A DNA stretch of 64,000 nt from the IMG/VR virus record IMGVR_UViG_3300017991_000052; one strand, given 5' to 3'. This document shows, in pieces, positions 1-11,651 of this stretch. The notes below the pieces were generated by a model. That model was not told the origin of the DNA. It worked only from the letters and a program-made list of their open reading frames with translations, and ran no database searches. The position numbers and the translations under genes were made by a program. Every line of letters starts with the position of its first letter. Position 1 is the stretch's first letter. This DNA comes from a virus.

Positions 1-301
1 AGACAATCCAATTGGATATACAATGCATTGTAGAGTAGAAAAAAATAAAGTTGGAATTCCTAAACTTTCTACAGAATTTCCTATAATGAATGATGGGCAT
101 ATTGATAAGGAAGAAATGTTAGTTACTGTTGCTAGCACATTAGGTTATTGGGGAGAAAATATAAATCTTACAGGTAGAACATATACATATAAAGCAGAAA
201 AAGTTGCCAGTAGTAAAGATGATTTTATAAAATATTTAAAAGCTAACCCAAAAGTATGCGAAGAAATGGAAAAAGATATTGTTACAAAAGCGAGGAAATA
301 A
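1..301 (+). CDS. RecA/UvsX-like recombinase, C-terminal part (gene begins before window)
   Basis: VEKNKVGIP resembles RecA KNKVAPP; RecA-like C-terminal domain; adjacent to nucleases. Confidence 0.6.
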   Translation, partial: DNPIGYTMHCRVEKNKVGIPKLSTEFPIMNDGHIDKEEMLVTVASTLGYWGENINLTGRTYTYKAEKVASSKDDFIKYLKANPKVCEEMEKDIVTKARK

Positions 302-311
302 TAAGTAAATT

Positions 312-767
312 ATGGGGGATATTGGTAGAGATTTTGAAAAAAAATGGTGTAAATTAACAGGATCAAAACCAACAATTGCTTCTGGAGCTTTTTGGTTTTC
401 CAAAGAAGATACTATTTGCGATAGATTTTTATACCAATGTAAAGCTACAAATGCTAATGGATATGTTTTAAAATATACTGATCTAAAGCAACTTATTAAA
501 CATTCAAATAAAAAAGGATTAGATTGGGCTTTTGTAATTAGTTTTAAAAAATACGATAAAATTTATGTAATAGTTGATGCATATACTGTGAATTCTAGTA
601 AAGAAGTTTGTTATATACAAGCAGAAAAAAGTAAAAAAATAAGATTAGATTTATTAGAAGAATTATGGATTGATGATATACAATTAGGAATAGAAATGAA
701 AGAAATTGATTGTGTAGTAATGAATTTCTTAGATTTTAAAAAGTTTTTGGAGGAAAATAATGGTTAA
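312..767 (+). CDS. PD-(D/E)XK nuclease, Holliday-junction-resolvase-like
   Basis: GRDFEKK...SGA...ED...YQCK pattern. Confidence 0.55.
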   Translation: MGDIGRDFEKKWCKLTGSKPTIASGAFWFSKEDTICDRFLYQCKATNANGYVLKYTDLKQLIKHSNKKGLDWAFVISFKKYDKIYVIVDAYTVNSSKEVCYIQAEKSKKIRLDLLEELWIDDIQLGIEMKEIDCVVMNFLDFKKFLEENNG

Positions 768-1581
768 TATATTTGAAAAGCCAAAAGAAAGGTACTTAAG
801 CATTTCACAAATTAATACTTATATGAGATGTCCTATGCAATGGAAATTTCGTTATATAGATGGACTTATAAAACCACCAAATTTCAATTTAGTTATTGGA
901 AGTGCAGTTCATAAAGGAATTGAAACTAATTTTGAACAAAAAATAAAATCAAAAGAAGATTTAGCTATTGATGTTATTAAAGACGCGTATAGTGACGAAT
1001 TTGAAAAAAGAAAAGTAGAAATTGAAGATAAAGAAGAAAAAACAAAAGAAGGTAAATCAAAAGATCTTGGGTATAAATTATCAGAATTACATCATCAGGA
1101 ATTAGCTCCAAGAATTCAACCAAATTATGTTGAAAAAGAATTTTATTTTAAAATACCTAAAACAGAAATAAAAGATAACAAAATAAATAAGATTATAGAA
1201 ATTGATATTCCATGGGCATTTAAAGGATATATTGATTTAATTGATGATTTGCATTATGTAATAGATAATAAAACATCTGGAAGAAAATATTCTGATGATT
1301 CAGCAGATGAAAGTTTACAGTTAATTGGATATTCTTATGCATATAAACAAGAATTTGGTCAATTACCACAAGGAATTAGATATGATGTATTGATAAAAAC
1401 TAAAATTCCAGTAACACAACAAGTGTATGGAAAAATAAATCAAGATAAAATAAATCAATTTTTATTATCTACTTTTAATATATATAAAGCAATAACTTCA
1501 GGAATATTTTATCCTAGAAAGGGGACTGACTGCTCTTGGTGCGGTTATAAAGAAGAATGTTCAAAAACTAAAGTTTGGTAG
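760..1581 (+). CDS. PD-(D/E)XK (RecB/Cas4-like) exonuclease
   Basis: LSISQINTYMRCP, GSAVH, GYIDLID..VIDNKTS, QL.GY, terminal CSWC....C. Confidence 0.85.
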   Translation: MVNIFEKPKERYLSISQINTYMRCPMQWKFRYIDGLIKPPNFNLVIGSAVHKGIETNFEQKIKSKEDLAIDVIKDAYSDEFEKRKVEIEDKEEKTKEGKSKDLGYKLSELHHQELAPRIQPNYVEKEFYFKIPKTEIKDNKINKIIEIDIPWAFKGYIDLIDDLHYVIDNKTSGRKYSDDSADESLQLIGYSYAYKQEFGQLPQGIRYDVLIKTKIPVTQQVYGKINQDKINQFLLSTFNIYKAITSGIFYPRKGTDCSWCGYKEECSKTKVW

Positions 1582-1592
1582 GGGGAGATAAG

Positions 1593-2894
1593 ATGATTGA
1601 CAATGCAATGCAACTACTTGGAAGTCATTATACAGATGAACAAATAACATTTATAGGTGAATTGCGCAACAAGGGAAAAACATGGAATGAAGTCGCTCAA
1701 CATTTTAATAAAAAATATAAACAATTGGGTATTAAAACTTGTGATGCATTACGAAATGCTTATAAAAAATATAGCAATATTGATTTTAGCGATGATAGTT
1801 TTATACAAAATGCTAAAACAACTTTTTTAACAAAAAAAAGAAATTCTCGATTAGTAAAAGAAAATAAAAAGATACTTGAACATATTATTACTTTGGATGA
1901 TATTCGAGAGACATTTGATATTATATTAGATAAAATTGAATTTAAATTACATAGTCCAGTAAAATTCCCTAAAAGCAGCAAACCTATTGAAAGAACATTA
2001 GTAGCTCATTTATCTGATACACATTATGGAAATAATGTTTCAAGCGGGGAATTAGGCGGATTAAATTCTTATAATAATGTTATTGCTGCCAGAAGAACAG
2101 CTTTATTTTTTCAAAATATAGCAAATTTTAAACCTCAATATAGGGATATTACAGATTTAGTTTTAATTCTTAATGGGGATCTTGGTGCGGGAATAATTCA
2201 TAATCAAGAACACGCTGTTGATCTAATGACGAGACAATTTGCAACAATATTATCGATTATAGGACAAGGAGTTACATATTTAGCGCAACATTTTAAAAAG
2301 ATTACAGTATATTGTACTCCAGATAATCATATGAGATTTCAACATAAACAAAGTAAAGATAGGTCAACAGTTCATAAATGGGATTCATTTGCTACAATGG
2401 CGCATGTTGCATTAAAAAGAGAATTTAATAATTATAAAAATATAAATTTTATTATACCAGAATCTCCATATGCTATTTTTGATATACAAGGACATAAAGC
2501 ATTTGCGACACATGGGGATAATGTTTTTGAAGTTGGTAATGCAAGTAAAGTAATTAAAGTTGGTGATATTGCAAGTCAAGTAGATAAAATAAACAATAGT
2601 GATCTTTCACAAAATAAGAAATTTGAATTATTTTTTATAGCACATGTTCATGCTCCAATGATTTTATTATTGGATAATGGTTCATATGTATATATTAATG
2701 GATGTTTATCTGGATTAGATGCATTTGGTAATTCAATAGGTATTTTTGGGAATCATCCAACACAACAACTTATAGAAATTACTAAGGAACATATTGGCGA
2801 TTGTAGATTAGTAAGAGTCAAAGAAGCTGATAATAATAAATCTTTAGATAAAATTATTACTATGGAAGAAGATTTATTTACAGAAAGGACGTGA
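1593..2894 (+). CDS. Calcineurin-like metallophosphoesterase with N-terminal HTH
   Basis: LSDTHYG, LNGD, DNH, THGD, AHVH motifs; ATG after GGGGGAG. Confidence 0.8.
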   Translation: MIDNAMQLLGSHYTDEQITFIGELRNKGKTWNEVAQHFNKKYKQLGIKTCDALRNAYKKYSNIDFSDDSFIQNAKTTFLTKKRNSRLVKENKKILEHIITLDDIRETFDIILDKIEFKLHSPVKFPKSSKPIERTLVAHLSDTHYGNNVSSGELGGLNSYNNVIAARRTALFFQNIANFKPQYRDITDLVLILNGDLGAGIIHNQEHAVDLMTRQFATILSIIGQGVTYLAQHFKKITVYCTPDNHMRFQHKQSKDRSTVHKWDSFATMAHVALKREFNNYKNINFIIPESPYAIFDIQGHKAFATHGDNVFEVGNASKVIKVGDIASQVDKINNSDLSQNKKFELFFIAHVHAPMILLLDNGSYVYINGCLSGLDAFGNSIGIFGNHPTQQLIEITKEHIGDCRLVRVKEADNNKSLDKIITMEEDLFTERT

Positions 2895-3800
2895 GAAATG
2901 TTTAATATAAAGTACGGTGATAAAGTTGCTGAATATTGTACAGTTGATAAATGTAAAGCTTATCCATATATTGTTGCATTAAGTAATTTAGCAGAATTAA
3001 AAGGCGCTATTAAATGCCCAAAACAATTTTGTGATAGAATGAAATTGGGTGTTATTACTTGCAGTAATTGTGGGAATACTGTACATGTATTTGAAGGGTA
3101 TTATGATAAAGATAAATTTTATTGTTTTCGATGCGATAAAAAAGAAGAAGGTCCAAAAATAGAAGATAAAAAAGAAATTAATAATCAAACAATTGATGAT
3201 AAAATGAAGATATTAAAAGAATTTCTAGAAGATAAATCAAGCAAGTTTGTATTTGAAAATTACTTTTCTATTGATGAAAAACAACAAAAAATTGTTATAC
3301 ATAATCCAATGAATACAAGTCATTTACCATTAGTATGGGATTTTACATATATGCAAATAACAGATACTTCAAAATTAAAGAAAGAAATGGGTGAGTTTTT
3401 TAAAAGTTTTTTTGATCAATTTAAAGAAGATAAATGTTCTGGATGTAAATTAGAAGAACATAAACATGCACATATGACATGTATTGATTGCTCACGAAAT
3501 CCTTCAAGCGCTGCTATGATTAAAAAAGATAGGTTTGTTCCCTTATGAAGATAGAAGTATATTATGATAGCAATGATAAAGATTTTAAAAAACACGAGAT
3601 AGAAGGATGTGATTTTGTATATATAGACTGTAGTTTAGAAAAAAATAAAAAAATTTTTAAAGAATATGTATTTAGAAAGGATAATTTACCTACTTATTAT
3701 TTTTATTCTGAAGATAAATTAAGGAATCAATTTAAAACAAAATATATTGCATATGGTTATTATTTAACTAATAGAGAAATAAAAAGGCTGGTGAAAAAGT

Positions 3801-4082
3801 ATGAGTAAAGAAGTTCAAAAAATGATTATGGATGAATGTATAGATATTGCCAATGTTCTTATTGATAAAAATAGAAAATATGGGGATTCAGTACTTAATC
3901 CAGTAAGACTTTTTTCTAAAGCAAGTACAATAGAGCAAATTAATGTTAGATTAGATGATAAAATGAGTAGAATTGTTCGTGGAGATCGAAATGGAGACCA
4001 TGAAGATCCAGAATTTGATATAATTGGATATTTAGTATTAAAAAGAATTCATAAAAAATTACATATGGAAGGGGGTGAGTAA
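3801..4082 (+). CDS. DUF1599-like (nucleotide-modification-associated) protein
   Basis: KNRKYGDS...VRLDDKMSRI...D..GYLVL. Confidence 0.65.
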   Translation: MSKEVQKMIMDECIDIANVLIDKNRKYGDSVLNPVRLFSKASTIEQINVRLDDKMSRIVRGDRNGDHEDPEFDIIGYLVLKRIHKKLHMEGGE

Positions 4083-4085
4083 AGT

Positions 4086-4229
4086 ATGGCTACAGCAGTG
4101 AAAATGCCTACTAAAGCAGAGTTGAAGCGCGTGTTGAAGAAGTCAGAAACCTACGAAGAAGCAGCAGATTATTTTGATGTTCATGTAGAAACTCTCCGTA
4201 AATGGAGAAAGAAAACAAGACTTAATTAG
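4086..4229 (+). CDS. Small HTH protein, 47 aa (not in ORF track)
   Basis: MATAVK...TYEEAADYFDVHVETLRKWRKK; strong SD GGGGGTGA. Confidence 0.7.
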   Translation: MATAVKMPTKAELKRVLKKSETYEEAADYFDVHVETLRKWRKKTRLN

Positions 4230-4268
4230 TTTTGTGAGGATAGATAGAGCACCGAAAAGAGGTTTATT

Positions 4269-4727
4269 ATGCGGGTTATGGCGATAGATCCTGGCAGCAA
4301 TCAAATTGGGATTGCTGTATTTAAAGGAAAGCGTTTATTAAACAGTGGAACATTTGAAGTTATTAAAACAGATTTGGCTTACTCAAAGTTATTATACATT
4401 CATAACCTTATTAAAAGTGCTCTATCTATCCACTATCCTGATATTATAATTATTGAATCATTAAAAAGTATGAGAAATGCTAAAACAACAAGAATTTTAT
4501 CAGAAATTATAGGAGCAATTAAACTTACAATAATATTAGATAATAAAGTGTACGATGAGGTTCATCCTAAAACAATGAAAAAAGTTATTACTGGTAATGG
4601 AAATGCGGATAAAGAAATGGTAAAAAAAGTTATTATAAAAAAATTTAAAAAGAAAAAAGATATTAGTTATGATGAATCTGATGCAATAGGACTTGGATAT
4701 ACTTATATAATTAATAATGACAATTGA
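4269..4727 (+). CDS. ruvC: RuvC-like Holliday junction resolvase
   Basis: MAIDPGS, IIIE, KKVITGNGNADKEMV, DESDAIG. Confidence 0.9.
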   Translation: MRVMAIDPGSNQIGIAVFKGKRLLNSGTFEVIKTDLAYSKLLYIHNLIKSALSIHYPDIIIIESLKSMRNAKTTRILSEIIGAIKLTIILDNKVYDEVHPKTMKKVITGNGNADKEMVKKVIIKKFKKKKDISYDESDAIGLGYTYIINNDN

Positions 4728-5022
4728 TATTAATATTAAATGTGATGAATGTAATGAAACTTTAGAAAATGATGACAAGGTTTTTTGTTATAAATGTTTT
4801 AAAGAATATGCAGAAAAAATAGAAGAATTAGAAGAACAAGTAGAAGAGTTAGAAAAAGAAGTTGCTCAAGTAAGATCAGAAGTTGAAGATGAAGAATATG
4901 AAAAATATCAATTGCAAGAAGAATATGAAAAATTAGAATCAAAATATGAAGAATTAACAATTGATTATGGACAATTAGAAAGAAGTTTAGAAAAAACGCA
5001 AATAGTAGATGAAAGTGTATAA
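4717..5022 (+). CDS. Zn-finger plus acidic coiled-coil protein; C-terminal tag IVDESV
   Basis: CDEC...CYKC, heptads; ends QIVDESV. Confidence 0.7.
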   Translation: MTIDINIKCDECNETLENDDKVFCYKCFKEYAEKIEELEEQVEELEKEVAQVRSEVEDEEYEKYQLQEEYEKLESKYEELTIDYGQLERSLEKTQIVDESV

Positions 5023-6516
5023 GGTGAAAATATGAGAGAAATATCTGAAGTAGATAGTTTTTTACAAACAATGGGACCTGGAAAATCAAGAATTCCAGTA
5101 GTATATCCAGCTAGATCATCATCCGTAATTATTGAGGATGGGATAAAAACAGATTTAACAAGAAAAATGAGATATGAACGCGGGAGAGATGTTATTTTTA
5201 AATGTCTTGATTGTAATGATATTATAGGTCAAGGAAAAGAAACTACAGATAATAGAGATCAAGTAAAAATATATTGTTTTAAGTGTAGGAATTATCATAT
5301 AGCAAATGGAGCTCTAATATGGAATCAAAATCCTTTATGGCATAAACCAGAAGAAGGAAAACAAAGACAAGATTATGAAAAATTAATGGAAGAATATATT
5401 AAAAATAATAAGCCAAAGGTGGTTGGTATATAATGGGATGTTTTGATACATTACTTTTTACATGCCCTAAATGTGGGAAAAAAGATGCTATATATGAACA
5501 ATTAAAACCAGATATTTATGGGATGGAAACATTTAGAGATAAAGAAATACCAGATCCACTTATTTTAATGTGCAAAGATGATGAATTTGTATGTTCTGAA
5601 TGCAGTACATGGTTTAGATTAAAAGTAAAAAGTAAAATTGAATGGAAATTAGTTAAGATGAGAAATCAAAATGGATAATGCTGTGCAACCATGGATTGCA
5701 TTAATATATATAGTACCAGCATTAATTTTATGTGGAGCATTAGCATTCTTTATTATGAAGATGATAAAACCTTTTACTAAATTTCTTGAAGAAAGGGGGA
5801 AGAGCCACGACATTGTGACCCCACCAATATTTCCACAAGGCCTTGTATGGCCATTTCAGCAACCAAACTCTTCCCCTCAAGAAATAAAAAAAACAAAAGA
5901 AGAAATAGAAAAAGAAGAATTACAAAAATTTGAAGAACGTAAAGCACAATTTATAGCTCCAAATATAAAAAAGAAAGTAAAAGTTAATTTTGATAATTTG
6001 GGAGAAAAAATTGTTAGTAGCAGTAAAGATGTAAATAAAGCAGTAAAATACTTAAAAAAAAAGAAAGGTGAAAAGTAATGAGAAAAGAAATAACAAAAGG
6101 ATTTGAACAATTAAGAAATATTGTTTTAGAGTCTTCTTTTGATCAAAAAAGCGACTTGGCTGATGATATAACTGATTTAGAATTTAAATTATTAGATATA
6201 GCTAAAAAATATCGTGATGATATACGCGATAAAGTAATGTCTATTAGAGAATCTTATCGTCCAATTAGAAGCCAAGTTGAAACTATTTCAAGAGCTTGTG
6301 ATAAAGCTGAAAAATGTATTAGGGATTGATTATGAATGATAAAAACATATTGGATTAATTGTAAACATTTTTGTTGTAGTGCCGATGTTGAAAATGGTAT
6401 AGTAATAGATTCTGCTCCAATTATTAAATGGGGTAAAGGGAAAAAAGTAATGGATGTTATAGATTTTTATAGAAAAAAGGGATCGTTAATAAATTATACA
6501 ATTTTAGAGGGAGAAT

Positions 6517-7212
6517 ATGAGTAGAATTTGTGTATTAATACCAGTTTATAATAGAGAAGATACAATAGAACGTGCTATTAATTCATTAAAAGAACAGACT
6601 AATAAAAACTTTGATGTATATATTTGTAATGATGGATGTACCGATAAAACGATGGAAATTATCAATAAGACTTTGGGGAATAATCCCGGGTTTAAAGTAA
6701 CTATAAAAAATTTAGAAAATAATATGGGCCAAAATAAAGCAAGAAATATAACATTAAAAATGGCAAAAGATAGTGGGATAAAATATGATTATGTTGCTGG
6801 GCTTGATGCAGATGATAAATTTATGCCAAATCATATAGAAGATAATATTAAATATTTAGACGAACATCAGGATATAGATATTATATATTCTGATTGTAGT
6901 GTTGGAGATGGAACACCTAAATGGGATTGGGTTTGTAGGGAATTTAACGCCCCATTTTTAAAAGCATTAAATTATATTCCTCATTATGCAGTATATAAAG
7001 CAAAATATTTAGAGATTCCTTATGATGAAAATATTAAAAGATTAACTGATTGGGATAGATGGTTAAATTTACTTTTAAATCATAATGCTAAATTTGCACA
7101 TTTATGCAAAGTAACATACCATATTTTTAGGGATAAGAATTCTGTAAGTAATAATAATACGGAAAATTTAGATGAGGCAGTAAAAAAAGTTAAGGGGAAA
7201 TATAAAATATGA
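6517..7212 (+). CDS. GT2 glycosyltransferase
   Basis: VLIPVYN, NDGCTD, LDADD, TDWD. Confidence 0.9.
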   Translation: MSRICVLIPVYNREDTIERAINSLKEQTNKNFDVYICNDGCTDKTMEIINKTLGNNPGFKVTIKNLENNMGQNKARNITLKMAKDSGIKYDYVAGLDADDKFMPNHIEDNIKYLDEHQDIDIIYSDCSVGDGTPKWDWVCREFNAPFLKALNYIPHYAVYKAKYLEIPYDENIKRLTDWDRWLNLLLNHNAKFAHLCKVTYHIFRDKNSVSNNNTENLDEAVKKVKGKYKI

Positions 7213-7880
7213 TAACAAGGAAAGAATTAGCAGATTTTTTAAAAGTAGCTGAAAAAGATATAGAGAAAATGTATCATGAAGAAATGAAGACTGGTATTCT
7301 TTTTAATACTAAATATAAAAATAACCCTAAACAATATTATACAGATTATGCTGATGTCTTTATGGCACAACTTTACCATTATAATTTGGTATTGAACAAT
7401 AGGGATTTATCATGGGGGACAGTGCTTAATGAATTTCCTCAAAATGGTAAATGGTTAGATTTTGGAGCAGGTATTGGGGTGTTTACTGATTATATTTTAG
7501 ATAGAAGACAAGATTTACAAGCTTCTGTTTTTGAAGTATCTCCTAAATGTATAGAGTTTTGTAAGCAACATTTTGGGGACAAAGTAAAAGTATTATCAAA
7601 AATAGAAGATTTTGAGAATGACTATGATATTATTACTTGTAATTCTGTATTAGAACATATTCCTGATCCTAAAACAACTGCTTATGAAATAATTAAACAT
7701 ATAAAATCTACAGGAACTTTTGTAACTAATTTTGTATATGATGCAGGAGTTGGGCATTTAGATGGAAAACCTAGAGAATTATTAAAAGAATTAGAAAAAG
7801 AATTAAAAGAAAAATATGAATATAAATCATGGTGGCATCCATCTTTAATAGCATTTAGTTTGGGAGGAAACAATGGATAA
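7209..7880 (+). CDS. Class I SAM-dependent methyltransferase
   Basis: LDFGAGIG, YDIITCNSVLEHIPDP. Confidence 0.85.
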   Translation: MITRKELADFLKVAEKDIEKMYHEEMKTGILFNTKYKNNPKQYYTDYADVFMAQLYHYNLVLNNRDLSWGTVLNEFPQNGKWLDFGAGIGVFTDYILDRRQDLQASVFEVSPKCIEFCKQHFGDKVKVLSKIEDFENDYDIITCNSVLEHIPDPKTTAYEIIKHIKSTGTFVTNFVYDAGVGHLDGKPRELLKELEKELKEKYEYKSWWHPSLIAFSLGGNNG

Positions 7881-9207
7881 AAAAGAATACGAACAGTTAC
7901 AAAAAGAAACTTCATCTTGGTCAAGAAATAGTGATGGATCTTTTACAAATTATGGAAAAGATTGTTATGAGAGAGTTAAAAAAGCAATAAAGGAATTCCT
8001 CCCAGATAATTTTTATGTTCCTAGCGAAACAAATGTTTTGGTGGTTGGGTGTGGTGAAGGAGTTGAGCTTGAGGAATTTAAAAAAGAAGGATATCAAGTT
8101 ACGGGATTAGACATTAATCCTGAAAAAGTTGCTAAAGCTAAAAGTAATGGATTACGAGCCTTGAAGGGAACGATAGAAAGTATGTTTATTCGTTCTGATA
8201 TTTATCCAAGACAGGAAATTGTTTATGCTTCTCATGTGCTAGAACATGCTTTAAATTTAAAAGAATCTATAGATATTCTTAAAGAGTATGTCGGAAGAAC
8301 TTTTTATATAGTTGTGCCAATTCAACATATTCCGAATAAGTCACATACTTCTCCAATAACAAAAGAGGAAGATATTACTAAATTTTTTGAACCACAGTAT
8401 TGGAATGTGAGAACGTGGAGGGAAAGTCATTGTGATGATGAAATTCATGTTCTTGCTACAAGAAAAAAGATAGGAGTTTATACAGTAACTTGGGATAGGT
8501 TAAATGTTACTAAAGAATGGTTTGAAATAATGTATAGAATGATAAAATACCCAATCTATCAGCATATTATTGTGGATAATGGATCAAAGGATGGTACAGC
8601 AGAATGGTTAAAGGAAATAGAAAAAGATCGCAGTTTTGGGTCAAATATAAAGGTGATTTTGAATGATAAAAATAAAGGAACTGGATTTGCAATGAATCAA
8701 GCATTTGAAATTTTAGATGCAGATTATCATATAAAAATAGATAACGATTGTGAATTTCAAACCGAAAATTTGTTTAAGCAAATGTTGGATATTGCTTATG
8801 AGCAAGAAAAAAATAATCAAGACTATATGATGTCACCATATGTAAATGGATTGGTAGTAAATAAAGGGGGAGTTCCTAGAAGTAGGTATTCAACTATAGC
8901 AGGGCATAAAATTGGAATTACTAGTGCATTAGGCGGGATATTTAGATGGATGCCTAAAAGTACTCAAATAAAATATTTAGGTAAAATAATTCCGTGGTTA
9001 AATGAAACAAGACTTCATTCAACAGAAGATATGGATATTTCTGCAATAATGAGAAAAAATAACATTCCTATCTTTTATATTGAGGATATTTTTGTCAATC
9101 ATATGGATAATGAATTTAAAAGGCCCGATGCAGAATATTTTAAAAGAAGAGAGATTACTTTTAAGAATAAATATGATAAAGAAACTGGAGAATATAAACC
9201 TTTATGA
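7873..9207 (+). CDS. Methyltransferase-GT2 fusion
   Basis: LVVGCGEG..GLDIN..HVLEH followed by IVDNGSKDGT, KIDNDC, TED. Confidence 0.85.
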   Translation: MDKKEYEQLQKETSSWSRNSDGSFTNYGKDCYERVKKAIKEFLPDNFYVPSETNVLVVGCGEGVELEEFKKEGYQVTGLDINPEKVAKAKSNGLRALKGTIESMFIRSDIYPRQEIVYASHVLEHALNLKESIDILKEYVGRTFYIVVPIQHIPNKSHTSPITKEEDITKFFEPQYWNVRTWRESHCDDEIHVLATRKKIGVYTVTWDRLNVTKEWFEIMYRMIKYPIYQHIIVDNGSKDGTAEWLKEIEKDRSFGSNIKVILNDKNKGTGFAMNQAFEILDADYHIKIDNDCEFQTENLFKQMLDIAYEQEKNNQDYMMSPYVNGLVVNKGGVPRSRYSTIAGHKIGITSALGGIFRWMPKSTQIKYLGKIIPWLNETRLHSTEDMDISAIMRKNNIPIFYIEDIFVNHMDNEFKRPDAEYFKRREITFKNKYDKETGEYKPL

Positions 9208-9722
9208 TAGTTGTGGATTTTGATGATTTTTGCGAAGAAGAAAATAAATTAGATTTACTTTATAAATTAAAAGAAAAAATTCCCAATTTTAAAGTAACTC
9301 TTTTTACTATTCCAGGTAAATCATCGAATAAATTTCTTGAAAATTTAAAAAAGAATGATTGGATGCAATTTGGAATTCATGGGGAATATCATACTTATTT
9401 AGAATGCGAAAAATGGGATAAAAATAAGATCAATCAAGTATTAGATAAATATGAACCATTAGGTTATTATGAGAAACTATTTAAAGCTCCATATTGGAGA
9501 GGAAATGAAGAAATCTATAAAGTACTGGATGAAAGAGGATATATAATTGCTGAAAATAAGCCGATTGAGTATGTAAAAAATAAGTATTTGTTATATAATT
9601 ATTCAGTACATGGACACATATCTAATGTTTGTGATAATGGAATTGAAGAGAAATATGATTATTATAGCTCTTTAAATGGAGATTTTAAATTTATAACGGA
9701 GTTATTTAATGAAATTAAATAA
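9204..9722 (+). CDS. Polysaccharide-deacetylase-like (NodB fold) protein
   Basis: VDFDD, TLFTIP, IHGEYH, FKAPYW. Confidence 0.7.
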   Translation: MIVVDFDDFCEEENKLDLLYKLKEKIPNFKVTLFTIPGKSSNKFLENLKKNDWMQFGIHGEYHTYLECEKWDKNKINQVLDKYEPLGYYEKLFKAPYWRGNEEIYKVLDERGYIIAENKPIEYVKNKYLLYNYSVHGHISNVCDNGIEEKYDYYSSLNGDFKFITELFNEIK

Positions 9723-10290
9723 AAAAGAAATAGCTTTTATTTATAATTCTAATAAAATAGAACAGATTATGTATCCCCTTAAGGAATATTCTAAAGATCC
9801 AGATAAATCAGATCCTCATGTTGGGGGGCATATAAAAGCATTTTTATATATGAAAGAGAATTGTAAAAAAGATTTAACTGAAAAAGATATTCTTATAATG
9901 CATAGGCTTTTAACAAAGGATATTTTACGTCCAAAAGACAGCGGTGCATATAGAACTTGTGCTGTTTATATTAGCGGCAGACAAGCTCCTATGTATTATT
10001 CTGTAAAACCAATGATGGAAACTTTAATAGAATTTGCAAAAAGAGTTGGTTATGAGAATGATATATGGAATGTACATCATGAATTTGAAATTATTCATCC
10101 ATTTGTTGATGGGAATGGTAGAACTGGCCGTTTAATTCTTAATTGGCTTAGATTTAAAAATGATCTTCCATTAGAAATTGTTCTATATAAAGATAGAATG
10201 GAATACTATACATCTATTGAAAAATATAGAATAGGTAAAATAGTAAGTAAAAAATTGGGGGAATTGAATGGAGATAAGGCATTATATTGA
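9709..10290 (+). CDS. Fic-domain AMP transferase
   Basis: Canonical HPFVDGNGRTGR. Confidence 0.95.
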   Translation: MKLNKKEIAFIYNSNKIEQIMYPLKEYSKDPDKSDPHVGGHIKAFLYMKENCKKDLTEKDILIMHRLLTKDILRPKDSGAYRTCAVYISGRQAPMYYSVKPMMETLIEFAKRVGYENDIWNVHHEFEIIHPFVDGNGRTGRLILNWLRFKNDLPLEIVLYKDRMEYYTSIEKYRIGKIVSKKLGELNGDKALY

Positions 10291-10657
10291 TGATATAGAT
10301 GAAAAATTATTCTTTTCTAAAAAGAAAATTAAAGATGAATTTACTAGAATAGCGGCAAATTTATGGATTCAATTTGGTGTTGATTTAACAAAAAATAAAA
10401 CTGGTAAAAAATATAATGTGACAGATTTTATTTGGTCTACTAAAGCAAAAAAAAGATTTTATGAATTAAATTTTGATATAATTGATAAAATGAGAAAAAA
10501 ACAACAATATGGTTGGTTTATTTTACAAGTAGAACCAAAAGATGAAACAGCTAATGAAGCAAGAAATATATTTGAAGAAATAGAAGAAGAACAAAGAAAA
10601 TATTTAAAAAATAAAAAAAAGATAAATAAATATAAAATAACAGAAGAGAGTTTATGA
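10268..10657 (+). CDS. Hypothetical; C-terminal tag ITEESL
   Basis: ends YKITEESL. Confidence 0.7.
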   Translation: MEIRHYIDDIDEKLFFSKKKIKDEFTRIAANLWIQFGVDLTKNKTGKKYNVTDFIWSTKAKKRFYELNFDIIDKMRKKQQYGWFILQVEPKDETANEARNIFEEIEEEQRKYLKNKKKINKYKITEESL

Positions 10658-10995
10658 AAAAAAGAATTAGAAAAGAAAAAGATGTTTTTATTCTTCTTAA
10701 TGAAGATTATGCAAAAAGCATAAAAAAAATAATCAATAAAAAAATTAGACAATCTAATAGAACCTTAAGAAGAGATAGATTTTATCATGAAGAATTAAAT
10801 GAATTAATAGATAATAGAAAGTGGTCTTGGTTAAGAGAACGAAGAGTGACTCCGGAATATGATGGAGAATCTGTTAGTAGAGCACATAGAAGAATGTATG
10901 TACATGGGATAAATGATATTTTAAAGTGGTTAACAAATCAAATAGCATCTGATAAAGATATTGATGTTATTTCAATAAAAAACGAATCATTATAA
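10654..10995 (+). CDS. Hypothetical; C-terminal tag IKNESL
   Basis: ends ISIKNESL. Confidence 0.7.
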   Translation: MKKRIRKEKDVFILLNEDYAKSIKKIINKKIRQSNRTLRRDRFYHEELNELIDNRKWSWLRERRVTPEYDGESVSRAHRRMYVHGINDILKWLTNQIASDKDIDVISIKNESL

Positions 10996-11651
10996 GGAGG
11001 AAAACAATGATAATTTACAATGATTATAAAGAGAATGATTTTTATGTAAATGTTGATAAAATTAAAGGAAAAAAAATAATTATCAATAATGTAAAAGCTA
11101 CTGCAAAATTAGTAGATTTTATGGATAAGAATTGTGATAAATGGTGGTATTGTGTTAAATTATATAAAGGTGAAGAAAATTTAGCTAAAGAAGTAGAATT
11201 AATTCATGATCTTGCAATTAAAAATATTGCAGTAGATGCTGAGAATTATACAGTTGAAGGACAATCATATATGGAATATTCATCTAAATTTGGGGATAAT
11301 GTAAGAAAATTATTAACTTTAGACGGAAAAGCAAAAGAATTAATATTACTTCCCGAGAATTTAGGTGGGGATAGATATAAAAATTATGATAAATTCGCAT
11401 ATGCTTTAAAACCAAAAGCAATTTTAATGGAGCGCACTTATCAACAACCTGAACCATGGAATATGTTTTATTATTATTGGTTAAATAAAATACGTTATTT
11501 CTTTTTATTTCCAATTATATATTTAGGTGTATGGCCAGAAGAAACTACAGGCGGATGGGCCGACAAGCAAATGGAAACAGCAAAATGGATTGCAGGAGAT
11601 AAAATTTTTTGGTATAGCGAAACAAAGAATATGCCTAGTTAAGGGGGAATA

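Noticed and set aside
5796-5876. 9-bp inverted repeat GGGGAAGAG/CTCTTCCCC inside ORF 5671
   Set aside because: Short, inside a Pro-rich coding segment, could be chance.
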